Source: an uncultured Candidatus Saccharibacteria bacterium
GTDB lineage: Bacteria > Patescibacteriota > Minisyncoccia > Minisyncoccales > GWA2-38-27
Assembly (NCBI GenBank): GCA_964391095.1
Contig: CAYMJA010000005.1
Coordinates: 1-45,887 of the forward strand
Direction of reading: 5' to 3'
Length of the DNA stretch: 45,887 nucleotides
Position numbers and translations under genes: made by a program. Below the pieces are notes generated by a model. It was not told the origin of the DNA and did no database searches. It was given only the letters and a program-made list of their open reading frames with translations. Below, in pieces: positions 37,474 through 45,887 of this stretch; within the stretch, counting starts at the first letter, position 1, and every line of letters begins with the position of its first letter.

Positions 37474-38487
37474 ATGTTTGATATTATCACTTTTGGTTCA
37501 GCTACCTGGGATATTTTTTTGACCCTTCACCCAAAATTTTGGGTGAAAGGGTTGAGACCTAAAAATTTTCAGATAGCAAGGGATAAAAAATTTATTACCG
37601 GCAAGGGTATTTGTTTTAATTCGGGTTCTAAGGTTGACGTAGAAGATATATATTTTTCTTCTGGAGGCGGAGGAACCAATACAATCGCTGGTTTCCTAAA
37701 ACAAGGCCTTAGGGTAGCTTATTGCGGAAGAGTAGGGGATGATATCGGAGGGCAAGAAATAATTGAAGAACTTAAAGATCTTGGTATAAACCCTCAATTT
37801 ATTTTTAAGACAAAACTCAAACCAACTAATCATTCCGTTATCTTGACCGGTCCGAGAATAGATAGAACTATTCTGGTTTATCGGGGAGCTTCAGAACTCT
37901 TAGGAAAGAAAGATGTTCCCTGGAACAAATTAAGAGCAAAATGGTTTTATTTAGCTCCTCTTTCTGGAGAACTTTGTAATATTACAGAAAAGATAGTTAA
38001 TTTTGCCTATAAAAACAAAATAAAAATCGCAATTAACCCTGGTAATTCCCAGCTTTCTTTGCCTCTAAAAGCCCTGAAAAGAATTCTTAAAAAGGTTGAT
38101 ATTTTAATTCTAAACCAGGAAGAGGCCTCTCTCTTAACTAAAATTCCTTATCAAAAAGAAAAGAAGATTTTCAAAGAAATTGATGAACTTTGCCCTGGTA
38201 TTGTTATAATGACCAAAGGCCCTCTGGGAGCAGTAGTTTCAAACGGAAAATATCTTTATAGGAGCGGGGTTCCAAAATCAAAAGTAGTTGACCGGACCGG
38301 AGCTGGAGATTCTTTTGCTTCAGGATTTGTCAGCGGTTTTATTAGAAAAAAGGGAAACATAGAATATGCTATTCAATTAGCTACGGCTAATGCTACTTCT
38401 TGTTTGAAAAAATGGGGAGCAAAACAAGGGTTGTTAAAGAAAGACGAAAAATTTAAAAAGGTGAAAATAGAAAAAACCTGTGTCTAA
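37474..38487 (+). CDS. PfkB-family carbohydrate kinase
   Basis: GGGGTN, N.EEA, DRTGAGDSFASG. Confidence 0.9.
   Translation: MFDIITFGSATWDIFLTLHPKFWVKGLRPKNFQIARDKKFITGKGICFNSGSKVDVEDIYFSSGGGGTNTIAGFLKQGLRVAYCGRVGDDIGGQEIIEELKDLGINPQFIFKTKLKPTNHSVILTGPRIDRTILVYRGASELLGKKDVPWNKLRAKWFYLAPLSGELCNITEKIVNFAYKNKIKIAINPGNSQLSLPLKALKRILKKVDILILNQEEASLLTKIPYQKEKKIFKEIDELCPGIVIMTKGPLGAVVSNGKYLYRSGVPKSKVVDRTGAGDSFASGFVSGFIRKKGNIEYAIQLATANATSCLKKWGAKQGLLKKDEKFKKVKIEKTCV
37519..37555. repeat. Palindromic element CCCTTCACCCAAA..TTTGGGTGAAGGG, in-frame copy in the PfkB gene
   Basis: Other copies at 43206-43241 and 45118-45154; each flanked by TTGA direct repeats. Confidence 0.9.
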
Positions 38488-38507
38488 ATTGAGGTTTTAA
38501 ACAATTT

Positions 38508-39377
38508 ATGGCTCATTTAACTCTAAAACAAATTCTCAAAGATGCTCAAAAAAAGCATTATGCGATTGGCCAATTTAATTTTTCCACCCTGGAACAATTG
38601 AGAGGGATTTTGGCTGCTGCTCAAAAAATGAAAAGTCCGGTGATTCTGGGAACTTCAGAAGGGGAAAGTAAGTTTTTAGGATTAAAAGAAACTATTGCTT
38701 TGGTTGAGATTTCTAAGGTGAAGTACCAGATTCCCGCTTTTTTAAACCTTGATCATGGGAAAGATTTAAAATGGATAAAACAAGCTATTGATTATGGATA
38801 TCCGGCAGTCCATTTTGATGGGTCGGGACTGGCTCTTGAAGAAAATATTAAATATGCTAAAGAGATAGTAGAATATGCTCACAAAAAAGGCGTTTTAGTT
38901 GAAGGCGAATTAGGTTATTTAAGAGGAAAGTCAGGACTTCATAAAAAGATAACGAGAATAAGAAAAAAAGATTTAACTTCTCCTCAAGAAGTAATAAGAT
39001 TCACTAAAGAGACAAAAGTAGATAGTTTGGCCATAGCTATTGGTAATATTCATGGAATATATAGCCGAATGCCAAAACTTGATTTTGCAAGGTTAAAAGA
39101 AATTAGAGAAAAAACAAATAGCTTTTTGGTCTTGCATGGGGGGTCGGGGATTTCCAATAAGGGAATTAAAAAAGCTGTAAAATTCGGCATTGTAAAAGTT
39201 AACATAAATACCGAGTTAAGATTAGTTTGGAAAAATTCTTTAGAGAATTATTTCAAAAGAAAACCTCAAGAGATTAAACCTTACAAAATTTTGACTCAAG
39301 TTCAAATTGCCATTCAAAAGAAGGTCGAAGAAAAATTAGAATTATTTGGCAGTAAAAATTGTAGATACTTTACATAA
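38508..39377 (+). CDS. fba: Class II fructose-bisphosphate aldolase
   Basis: NLDHG, VEGELG, IGNIHG, LVLHGGSG, KVNINTE. Confidence 0.92.
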   Translation: MAHLTLKQILKDAQKKHYAIGQFNFSTLEQLRGILAAAQKMKSPVILGTSEGESKFLGLKETIALVEISKVKYQIPAFLNLDHGKDLKWIKQAIDYGYPAVHFDGSGLALEENIKYAKEIVEYAHKKGVLVEGELGYLRGKSGLHKKITRIRKKDLTSPQEVIRFTKETKVDSLAIAIGNIHGIYSRMPKLDFARLKEIREKTNSFLVLHGGSGISNKGIKKAVKFGIVKVNINTELRLVWKNSLENYFKRKPQEIKPYKILTQVQIAIQKKVEEKLELFGSKNCRYFT

Positions 39378-39384
39378 AAATTTT

Positions 39385-39831
39385 ATGAAAAAAAAAGAAC
39401 TTTTAATAATTGGGACGGGCATACTTGCTTTAGCTGTAATAGTTTTGATTGCCTTTTTACTTCCCCCGGAGGGTCAAGTAAATGTTATTACCGATAAATC
39501 AGAATATGAAGCAGGTAGTGCTTTAAAAGTAAAAATTAAAAATAATTTAAGAAAAAGTATTTGTTTTTCTTCTTGCTATCCTTATTATTTGGAAAAGAAC
39601 AAAGAAGCAGAATGGAAAGAATATTCTTACGCCAACTGTTTGACTGCTAATTTAGTTGAAAAATGTGTTAACCCGGGAGAGGTTAAGGCATTTAAACTTA
39701 ATTTGTCTTTAATGGATAAAGGGCCCCACCGACTCGCTATACCAGTATGCGTTGAGTGTAATATAAATGAAACCTTTAGAGAAGCCGAACGATTTTATTC
39801 TAATGAGTTTATGATTAATCAAGGTAGGTGA
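39385..39831 (+). CDS. Hypothetical membrane-anchored protein (Ig-like, Cys pairs)
   Basis: N-terminal TM helix; TDK.EY..G..LKV.I.N, YSNEF.I. Confidence 0.65.
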   Translation: MKKKELLIIGTGILALAVIVLIAFLLPPEGQVNVITDKSEYEAGSALKVKIKNNLRKSICFSSCYPYYLEKNKEAEWKEYSYANCLTANLVEKCVNPGEVKAFKLNLSLMDKGPHRLAIPVCVECNINETFREAERFYSNEFMINQGR

Positions 39832-39845
39832 GTAGTTTCTTTAAT

Positions 39846-40562
39846 ATGTTAACCCTAAGGGCCAAAATTAGAAAAGAGGTCGGGAAGAAAGTAAAACTTT
39901 TAAGAAAAAAAGGTATTTTACCTGCTGTTTTGTATGGCCCAAAAATAAAAAGCCAACCCATAAAGGTTGATTTCAAAGAATTTGAGCAAGTTTTTAGAGA
40001 AGCCGGAGAAAGTTCATTAATTTCACTTCAAGTTGACCCTTCAACGGCCTCAGGACAAGTAAAAAAAGGATTAGTTTTGATTCATGAAACAAAACAAGAC
40101 CCTTTAAGCGGAAAGCCAATTCATATAGACTTTTATCAGCCAATACTCACAGAAGAAGTTGAGGCAACTGTGCCTTTGGTTTTTGAAGGAGAACCCCCGG
40201 CAGTAAAAGAATTAGGAGGAACCTTAGTGAAAGAAATTCAAGAATTAACAGTTAAGGCCTTACCTCAAAACCTTCCCCACGAAATTAAGGTAAATGTAGG
40301 AGGTTTAAAAGTTTTTGAGGATGAGATTATGATAAAAGATTTAGAATTACCAAAAGATGTTAAGATTAAAAGGGAACCAGATGACATTGTAGCTCTTGTT
40401 ATGCCTCCAGAGAAAGTGGAAGAGGAATTAGAAAAACCGGTTGAAGAAAAAGTAGAAGAGGTGGAGGAAGTGGAAGGAGAGAAAAAAGAAGAAGAGAAAA
40501 GCGAGGAGAAGAAAAAAGAAAACAAAGAAGGCGAGGAGAAAGAAAGGAAAGATAATAAATAA
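39846..40562 (+). CDS. rplY: 50S ribosomal protein L25 (Ctc type)
   Basis: LPAVLYG, HIDFYQ, acidic C-terminal tail. Confidence 0.93.
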   Translation: MLTLRAKIRKEVGKKVKLLRKKGILPAVLYGPKIKSQPIKVDFKEFEQVFREAGESSLISLQVDPSTASGQVKKGLVLIHETKQDPLSGKPIHIDFYQPILTEEVEATVPLVFEGEPPAVKELGGTLVKEIQELTVKALPQNLPHEIKVNVGGLKVFEDEIMIKDLELPKDVKIKREPDDIVALVMPPEKVEEELEKPVEEKVEEVEEVEGEKKEEEKSEEKKKENKEGEEKERKDNK

Positions 40563-40570
40563 ATAATAGT

Positions 40571-41962
40571 ATGTCCTTTCGTATTTCAAAAGTAACAATA
40601 TTATTAATCTTGATTTTGGCTTTGGTTTTGCCGAATTTAATTTTTGGCGAGGAAAATTTAAGCAAAAGATGCGAAGAAATAATTAATAAGGGACAACAAA
40701 ATCTTTCAAAAGAGGATTATCAATCCTTATTGAAAGAGTGTCAGATTCTTTACGAAAAGCAAATTACAGAGATTGAAAAAGATATCAGCAAGACCGGGCA
40801 GGAGAAAAAGACGCTTCAGAATGAAATTTATACCATAAACAAGAAAATAGAAAACTTAAATTATCAGATTTATCAAAGTAATTTAGTTATTAAAGACCTG
40901 GGGATTCAAATTGGAGACACTGAGACCTCTATTGAAAAGAGTTTTTTGAAAATTGAAGACTCCAAAGAAAAGTTAAGCAATATTCTAAGAATTATCTATG
41001 AAGAAGACCGGAAGTCCATTATTGAAATTTTATTATCTGAACCAGAACTTTCTGATTTTTTTGATAATTTAGTGGCTTTGGAGATTTTGAATAACGAGAA
41101 TAGAGAACTGTTACAAAATATTAAAGATTTAAAATCAAACTTAGAAGAGCAGAGTCAAGCTTTAGACGAAGAAAAAGGGGATTTAGAGCAGACAGTTAAA
41201 ATTTATGCTCTTCAGAAAAACGAAAGCGCCAAAACAAAAGGAGAGCAAGAATATTATTTAGGATTAACCGAAAAAGAATATCAGAAACAATTAAAGGAAA
41301 AACAAAAAACCGAAAAAAAAGCGGCTGAAATTAGGGCTAGAATTTTTGAGTTGGCTGGAGTTATAAAACCTCCTACTTTTGGCGAGGCCTATGAAATAGC
41401 TAAATATGTTAAAGGACTGTTAGGAGTAAGGCCAGCTTTTCTGCTTGCTGTATTACAGCAAGAATCAGCCATTGGAAAAAATGTAGGCCAATGTTATTTA
41501 GAAAATACTTCAACTGGAGAAGGTATAATAATTAGTAGCGGTAGAGCAATTTCAAGAGTAATGAAACCTTCACGGGATGTGGCTCCTTTTTTAATAATTA
41601 CCAAAGAATTAGGCAGAGATCCTTATGTTACTCCTGTTTCTTGTCCAATGAGTTTTGGCTATGGCGGAGCAATGGGTCCAGCCCAGTTTATTCCTTCTAC
41701 CTGGGCTTTATATAAAAATAAGTTGAAATCCATCCTTGGAAGACCTTGCGATCCTTGGAATATTCAGGATTCGTTTGTAGCAGCTGGACTGTATCTATCA
41801 GATTCTGGAGCATCTGCCCAAACCTATAATACTGAATGGAGGGCAGCTATGATTTATTTTTCCGGTTCCACAAATCCAAGATATAGTTTTTATGGTAATT
41901 CAGTAATGAATCAGGCAGCTCGATTCCAAGAAGATATTGAGGCGCTTAAAGCAGCCAAGTAA
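40571..41962 (+). CDS. Secreted coiled-coil protein with C-terminal lytic transglycosylase domain
   Basis: Signal peptide, long coiled coil, QES, GAMGPAQFIPSTW, DPWN..D...AAG.YL. Confidence 0.85.
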   Translation: MSFRISKVTILLILILALVLPNLIFGEENLSKRCEEIINKGQQNLSKEDYQSLLKECQILYEKQITEIEKDISKTGQEKKTLQNEIYTINKKIENLNYQIYQSNLVIKDLGIQIGDTETSIEKSFLKIEDSKEKLSNILRIIYEEDRKSIIEILLSEPELSDFFDNLVALEILNNENRELLQNIKDLKSNLEEQSQALDEEKGDLEQTVKIYALQKNESAKTKGEQEYYLGLTEKEYQKQLKEKQKTEKKAAEIRARIFELAGVIKPPTFGEAYEIAKYVKGLLGVRPAFLLAVLQQESAIGKNVGQCYLENTSTGEGIIISSGRAISRVMKPSRDVAPFLIITKELGRDPYVTPVSCPMSFGYGGAMGPAQFIPSTWALYKNKLKSILGRPCDPWNIQDSFVAAGLYLSDSGASAQTYNTEWRAAMIYFSGSTNPRYSFYGNSVMNQAARFQEDIEALKAAK

Positions 41963-41966
41963 AATT

Positions 41967-41995
41967 AAAAAAGCGTCTTTTAAAGACGCTTTTTT
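41967..41995. terminator. Bidirectional terminator between convergent genes
   Basis: AAAAAAGCGTCTTT T AAAGACGCTTTTTT. Confidence 0.85.
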
Positions 41996-42014
41996 GGTTG
42001 GATTTTTTTCTTAT

Positions 42015-42890
42015 TTAAAATTCAAACTTCCGCTCTAATGCTTTAATTATCTTATCCAGCTTTCCCTCCATAATTGCTTCAATATTGGACCAGCTTTTTT
42101 TGATTCGGTGGTCAGTTACTCTATCTTGGGGAAAATTATAAGTTCTAATTTTTTCAGCCCTTTTTGCCCCACCAATCTGGGTTTTTCTTTTACCTCCAGT
42201 TTTGGTTTGTTCTTCTTGTTCTTTTCTTTCTAAAAGGCGGGCAGCTAAGATTGACAAAGCATTTTCTTTATTTTGCAATTGGTTTCTTTCGGTTTGAGAG
42301 GTAACAACAAGATTGGTCGGCAGATGGGTAATTCTTATTGCGGTTTCCCGTTTATTGACATTTTGGCCTCCTGGTCCCGAAGATTTATAAATATCAATTT
42401 TTAGGTCGTTGGGGTCTATTTTAATTTGAGTTTTTTTGGGCGTAGCTAAAACAGCAACCGTGGCAGTTGAAGTATGAATTCTGCCTGATTTTTCGGTTTC
42501 GGGAATTCTTTGAACCCGGTGGACTCCGCCTTCGTATTTTATTTTAGAGAAAACATCGCTGTCTTTTAGTTCAAAAATTATTTGCTTGAAACCGCCAAGT
42601 TCGGTTGGATGAGAATCTAAAATTTTTTGTTTCCAATTTTGAGAAACAGCATATTTTGAATACATTCTGAATAAATCACCGGTGAATAAACTCGCCTCAT
42701 CTCCTCCTGCTCCGGCTCGAATTTCAATAATTACTGAATAAGGTTCTGACTGTTTCTCTATTATTTTCTCTAATAAATTTTTCTTTTTAGATAATTCTTC
42801 CATTTTTTTCCAATCAGAAATTAATTTAGAGTCATTGAGTTGCTCTAATAGGGCCTTGTATTCTTCTTTGATGGACTTTATGTCAGTCAT
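42015..42890 (-). CDS. prfA: Peptide chain release factor 1 (short N-domain)
   Basis: IRAGAGGDEA, RIPETE (PxT motif), GPGGQNVN, RTYNFPQDRVTDHRI. Confidence 0.92.
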   Translation of the reverse strand: MTDIKSIKEEYKALLEQLNDSKLISDWKKMEELSKKKNLLEKIIEKQSEPYSVIIEIRAGAGGDEASLFTGDLFRMYSKYAVSQNWKQKILDSHPTELGGFKQIIFELKDSDVFSKIKYEGGVHRVQRIPETEKSGRIHTSTATVAVLATPKKTQIKIDPNDLKIDIYKSSGPGGQNVNKRETAIRITHLPTNLVVTSQTERNQLQNKENALSILAARLLERKEQEEQTKTGGKRKTQIGGAKRAEKIRTYNFPQDRVTDHRIKKSWSNIEAIMEGKLDKIIKALERKFEF

Positions 42891-42901
42891 ATCATATTAT
42901 T

Positions 42902-43129
42902 TTATTTATTTTTTTTCTTTGGCTTTACTTTCTTTGCTGCTCTTTTTCTAAATTTTTCCACTCTTCCCATAGTATCAATGAGCTTCTTTTTTCCTGTATA
43001 AAAAGGATGGCACTTTGAGCAAATTTCAATTTCCATAAATTCCTTGGTTGAACCAACCGTAAAAGTATTTCCACAGGCACAGTGAACAGTTGCTTTTGGA
43101 TAGTATTTTGGGTGTATATCTTTTTTCAT
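42902..43129 (-). CDS. rpmE: 50S ribosomal protein L31
   Basis: [23 protein letters not shown]. Confidence 0.95.
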   Translation of the reverse strand: MKKDIHPKYYPKATVHCACGNTFTVGSTKEFMEIEICSKCHPFYTGKKKLIDTMGRVEKFRKRAAKKVKPKKKNK

Positions 43130-43274
43130 AATTATATAAGACATAAGACGTTAGTTTTCTATATTTTCTTTAATTTTATCAGATTTGGCTAAAAAATCAA
43201 GGGGTTTGACCCTTCACCCAAAGCTTTGGGTGAAGGGTTGATAATTTTTTTTATAGTGATACAATAATACCATA

Positions 43275-44057
43275 ATGGCAGACACCAAAACCAAAAAGCA
43301 AGAAGAAAAAAAGAAGCCCGCTTCGCCGAAGCCACAGCGAGGCGAGTCCGCTTCCGCTAAAGCTACGGTGGGCAAGGGTTTCAATATTAGCCTTGAGGAA
43401 ATGGCAGAGGCGGGTTTACATTTTGGTCATCGAACTTCTCGAGTTCATCCTAAAATGAAACCCTATATCTATGGAATGAGAAATACTATTCATATTATTG
43501 ATCTTAATAAAACCGTTGAGAAATTTAAAGAAGCACTTAAATTTATTCAAAAACTTATTTCTGAAAATAAAATTTTACTTTTAATTGGTACAAAAGTTCA
43601 AATCAAAGACCTGGTAAAAAATATCGCTGTAGATTGCAACTTGCCCTATGTTAATGAGAGATGGTTGGGAGGGACTCTTACTAATTTCGGAATTATTAAA
43701 CAAAGAATAGAGTATTTCAAAGAATTAGAAAGAAAAAAAGAAGCCCGAGAATTAGAAAAATATACTAAAAAAGAAAGAGCCGATATAGACAAGGAATTAA
43801 AAAAATTAGAAAATAAATTTGGAGGAATAAAAAAATTGGAGAAAGTTCCTGATGCTGTTTTTATAATAGATATAAGAAAAGATATTTTAGTAATTAGGGA
43901 GGCGAGAAAAAAAGGAATAAAAATTATTGGTATCGCAGATACTAATGTTGATCCGTGTTTAGTCGATTATCCAATTCCAGCCAATGACGATGCAATTTCT
44001 TCTGTTAAGTATATCTTGGAGAAAGTTAAGGAAGTAATCTTAAAAGCGAGAAAGTAA
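43275..44057 (+). CDS. rpsB: 30S ribosomal protein S2
   Basis: AGLHFGH, RWLGGTLTNF, PANDDAI. Confidence 0.96.
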   Translation: MADTKTKKQEEKKKPASPKPQRGESASAKATVGKGFNISLEEMAEAGLHFGHRTSRVHPKMKPYIYGMRNTIHIIDLNKTVEKFKEALKFIQKLISENKILLLIGTKVQIKDLVKNIAVDCNLPYVNERWLGGTLTNFGIIKQRIEYFKELERKKEARELEKYTKKERADIDKELKKLENKFGGIKKLEKVPDAVFIIDIRKDILVIREARKKGIKIIGIADTNVDPCLVDYPIPANDDAISSVKYILEKVKEVILKARK

Positions 44058-44073
44058 TCACTCGCTGTTAGCT

Positions 44074-44658
44074 ATGCCGAACATCAATCAAATTAAACAA
44101 CTTCGTCAGGAAACAGGGATTTCAGTAACAGAATGTAAAAAAGCCTTAGAAGAATCGGAGGGCGATTTTGAGAAAGCAAAAGAGATTTTGAGAAAGCGAG
44201 GGAAAGAATTTATTAAGGGAAAAGCAGGGAGAGAAACTCAAATAGGAATAATTGAAAGTTATATTCATCCTAATAAAAAAATTGGAGTTTTGCTAGAATT
44301 AGGCTGCGAGACAGACTTTGTTGCTAGATCAGAAGATTTTAAGAAATTAGCTCATGAGCTTTGTTTACAAATTGCGGCTATGGGTCCTCTCTTTTTAGGA
44401 GAAGAGGATATTCCTTTGAAATTTTTAGATGGAGAGAAAAAAATTTATCAAGAGCAGTTAAAAAATTCTGGTAAACCGCAAAAAATAATTAATGAAATTA
44501 TAGAAGGGAAATTGAAAAAGTATAAAGAAGAAATTTCTTTAATGTCACAGCCCTGGATAAAAGATGAAACAAAAACAATAAAGGAATTAATTGAAAGTTA
44601 TATCAGTAGAATAGGGGAGAACATTGTAGTAAAAAGGTTTGCGAGATACGAGACTTAG
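44074..44658 (+). CDS. tsf: Elongation factor Ts (short form)
   Basis: LRQETG...CKKAL, CETDFVAR, IGENIVVKRF. Confidence 0.95.
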   Translation: MPNINQIKQLRQETGISVTECKKALEESEGDFEKAKEILRKRGKEFIKGKAGRETQIGIIESYIHPNKKIGVLLELGCETDFVARSEDFKKLAHELCLQIAAMGPLFLGEEDIPLKFLDGEKKIYQEQLKNSGKPQKIINEIIEGKLKKYKEEISLMSQPWIKDETKTIKELIESYISRIGENIVVKRFARYET

Positions 44659-44662
44659 AACC

Positions 44663-45040
44663 ATGATGGTAGAACTAATCGTTTTAATCATATTTTTAGT
44701 CGGCCTCATAGGTATGGGGGTGATTATAGTTCGGAAAATTCCTGTTTTAACCGAGTTATCACCTCAAGAAATTGAGCCGAGTTCTCTAAAAAAACTTGGA
44801 AAAAAGATTAAAGACCGCGAAATTCTCAAATCTTTTTCCAAAGGAATTTTATTACAAAAAATACTTTCCAAAGTTAGAATTCTAACCCTAAAAACTGACA
44901 ATAAAACAAGCACCTGGCTAATGAAATTGCGGCAGAAATCAGCAAAAAAGAAAAATAATTTTTCAGATGATTATTGGGAGAAAGTAAACCCCCACACCAA
45001 ACGCTCCCGTTCTGGTGTAGGGGTAAAAAAGGGAAAGTAA
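44663..45040 (+). CDS. Hypothetical membrane-anchored protein
   Basis: N-terminal TM helix, RKIPVL, K.RIL.LKTDNK. Confidence 0.7.
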   Translation: MMVELIVLIIFLVGLIGMGVIIVRKIPVLTELSPQEIEPSSLKKLGKKIKDREILKSFSKGILLQKILSKVRILTLKTDNKTSTWLMKLRQKSAKKKNNFSDDYWEKVNPHTKRSRSGVGVKKGK

Positions 45041-45044
45041 TTTT

Positions 45045-45116
45045 GCCGAGGTAGCTCAATGGTAGAGCAACGGATTTGTAATTCGTAGGTTGGGGGTTCA
45101 AATCCTCTCCTCGGCT
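45045..45116 (+). tRNA. tRNA-Thr(UGU), no encoded CCA
   Basis: Acceptor GCCGAGG/CCTCGGC, D arm AGCTCAATGGTAGAGC, anticodon loop TTTGTAA, GGTTCAAATCC. Confidence 0.95.
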
Positions 45117-45150
45117 TTTGACCCTTCACTCAAAGCTTTGGGTGAAGGGC

Positions 45151-45178
45151 TTGACAAAGATTTTTAGAAAAGTAAAAT
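45151..45178 (+). promoter_or_regulatory. rRNA operon promoter; boxA-like GAACTTTGACAA downstream at 45305-45316
   Basis: TTGACA, 16 nt, TAAAAT. Confidence 0.75.
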
Positions 45179-45386
45179 AAAAATAGAAAGGTTAAGAAGT
45201 TTAATGACCCGGATTAAGAAGTTCAAAAAATGAATTAAAAAGAGTAAAAATTGAAGACGCATCAGAGAAAAATCAGGAGTGTCTTCCTGATTTTATTTTA
45301 GAAAGAACTTTGACAATTGAATAATTCAGTTTTTTAGAGTTGTCCCGACCTGCCCGCAATGCTTCGCATAGCGATGCAGGCGGGCT

Positions 45387-45887
45387 ATTTTTGAGAGTTT
45401 GATCTTGGCTCAGGATAAACGCTAGCGGCGTGGATAAGGCATGCAAGTCGAACGCCCACCCAAACTTCTCTTCGGAGAAGAATGTTGGCGGGAGTGGCGA
45501 ACGGGTTAGTAACGCGTGGATAATAAACCCTGAAGACGGGTATAACTTGGAGAAATCCAGGCTAATTCCCGATAGTTCGAGCAATCAGTTCGCTGAATGC
45601 TCGGTAAACGGAAGCTTCGGCAACCGCTTTAGGATTAGTCCGCGACCTATCAGCTAGTTGGTAAGATAACAGCTTACCAAGGCTATGACGGGTAGGGGAT
45701 GCTAGAACATGTTCCCCAACAATGGAATTGAGAACGGTCCATACTCCTACGGGAGGCAGCAGTCGAGAATATTCGACAATGGGCGAAAGCCTGATCGAGC
45801 GACGCCGCGTGCTTGAAGAAACCCTTCGGGGCGTAAAGAGCTTTTCTGGAGGAAGAACCTTCGGGTGACGGTACTCCAGGAATAAGG
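45387..45887 (+). rRNA. rrs: 16S rRNA, 5' part (runs off window)
   Basis: AGAGTTTGATCTTGGCTCAG, GCATGCAAGTCG, ACTCCTACGGGAGGCAGCAG. Confidence 0.98.

Noticed and set aside
2705-40665. Numerous antisense or overlapping ORFs in the track (e.g. 2705-3115, 10738-11268, 11413-11784, 32328-32711, 40265-40525)
   Set aside because: Shadows of well-supported genes, with no motifs or initiation signals.
44874-45657. ORFs overlapping the tRNA and 16S rRNA
   Set aside because: Spurious frames within structural RNA genes.

Overview
AT-rich chromosomal segment of a Patescibacteria/CPR (Parcubacteria-like) genome. The taxon is inferred from the 16S 5' end (GGATAAGGCATGCAAGTC), a tRNA gene lacking CCA, and SD-less housekeeping genes. 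About 1-21 kb is accessory. It holds a promoter/terminator-bounded ~230-nt non-coding RNA made of four tandem H-type pseudoknots, and a duplicated ~415-bp module encoding four related 10-13 aa peptides. It also holds a 1.45-kb near-exact duplication of a DUF5680/YjjX/DUF4406-like block in an array with repeated junction motifs. Finally it has a run of monocistronic cassettes (TTGACA promoter, boxA-like box, strong SD, unrelated and often secreted ORF, terminator), two of them frameshifted. About 21-45.9 kb is core: UvrD-nuclease fusion, ftsZ, a glycolysis/acetate/redox cluster, rplY, prfA, rpmE, rpsB, tsf, tRNA-Thr and the 16S rRNA 5' part. Many core proteins carry short in-frame palindromic insertions, several of which also occur intergenically. 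All family calls are by eye from motifs; no searches were run.
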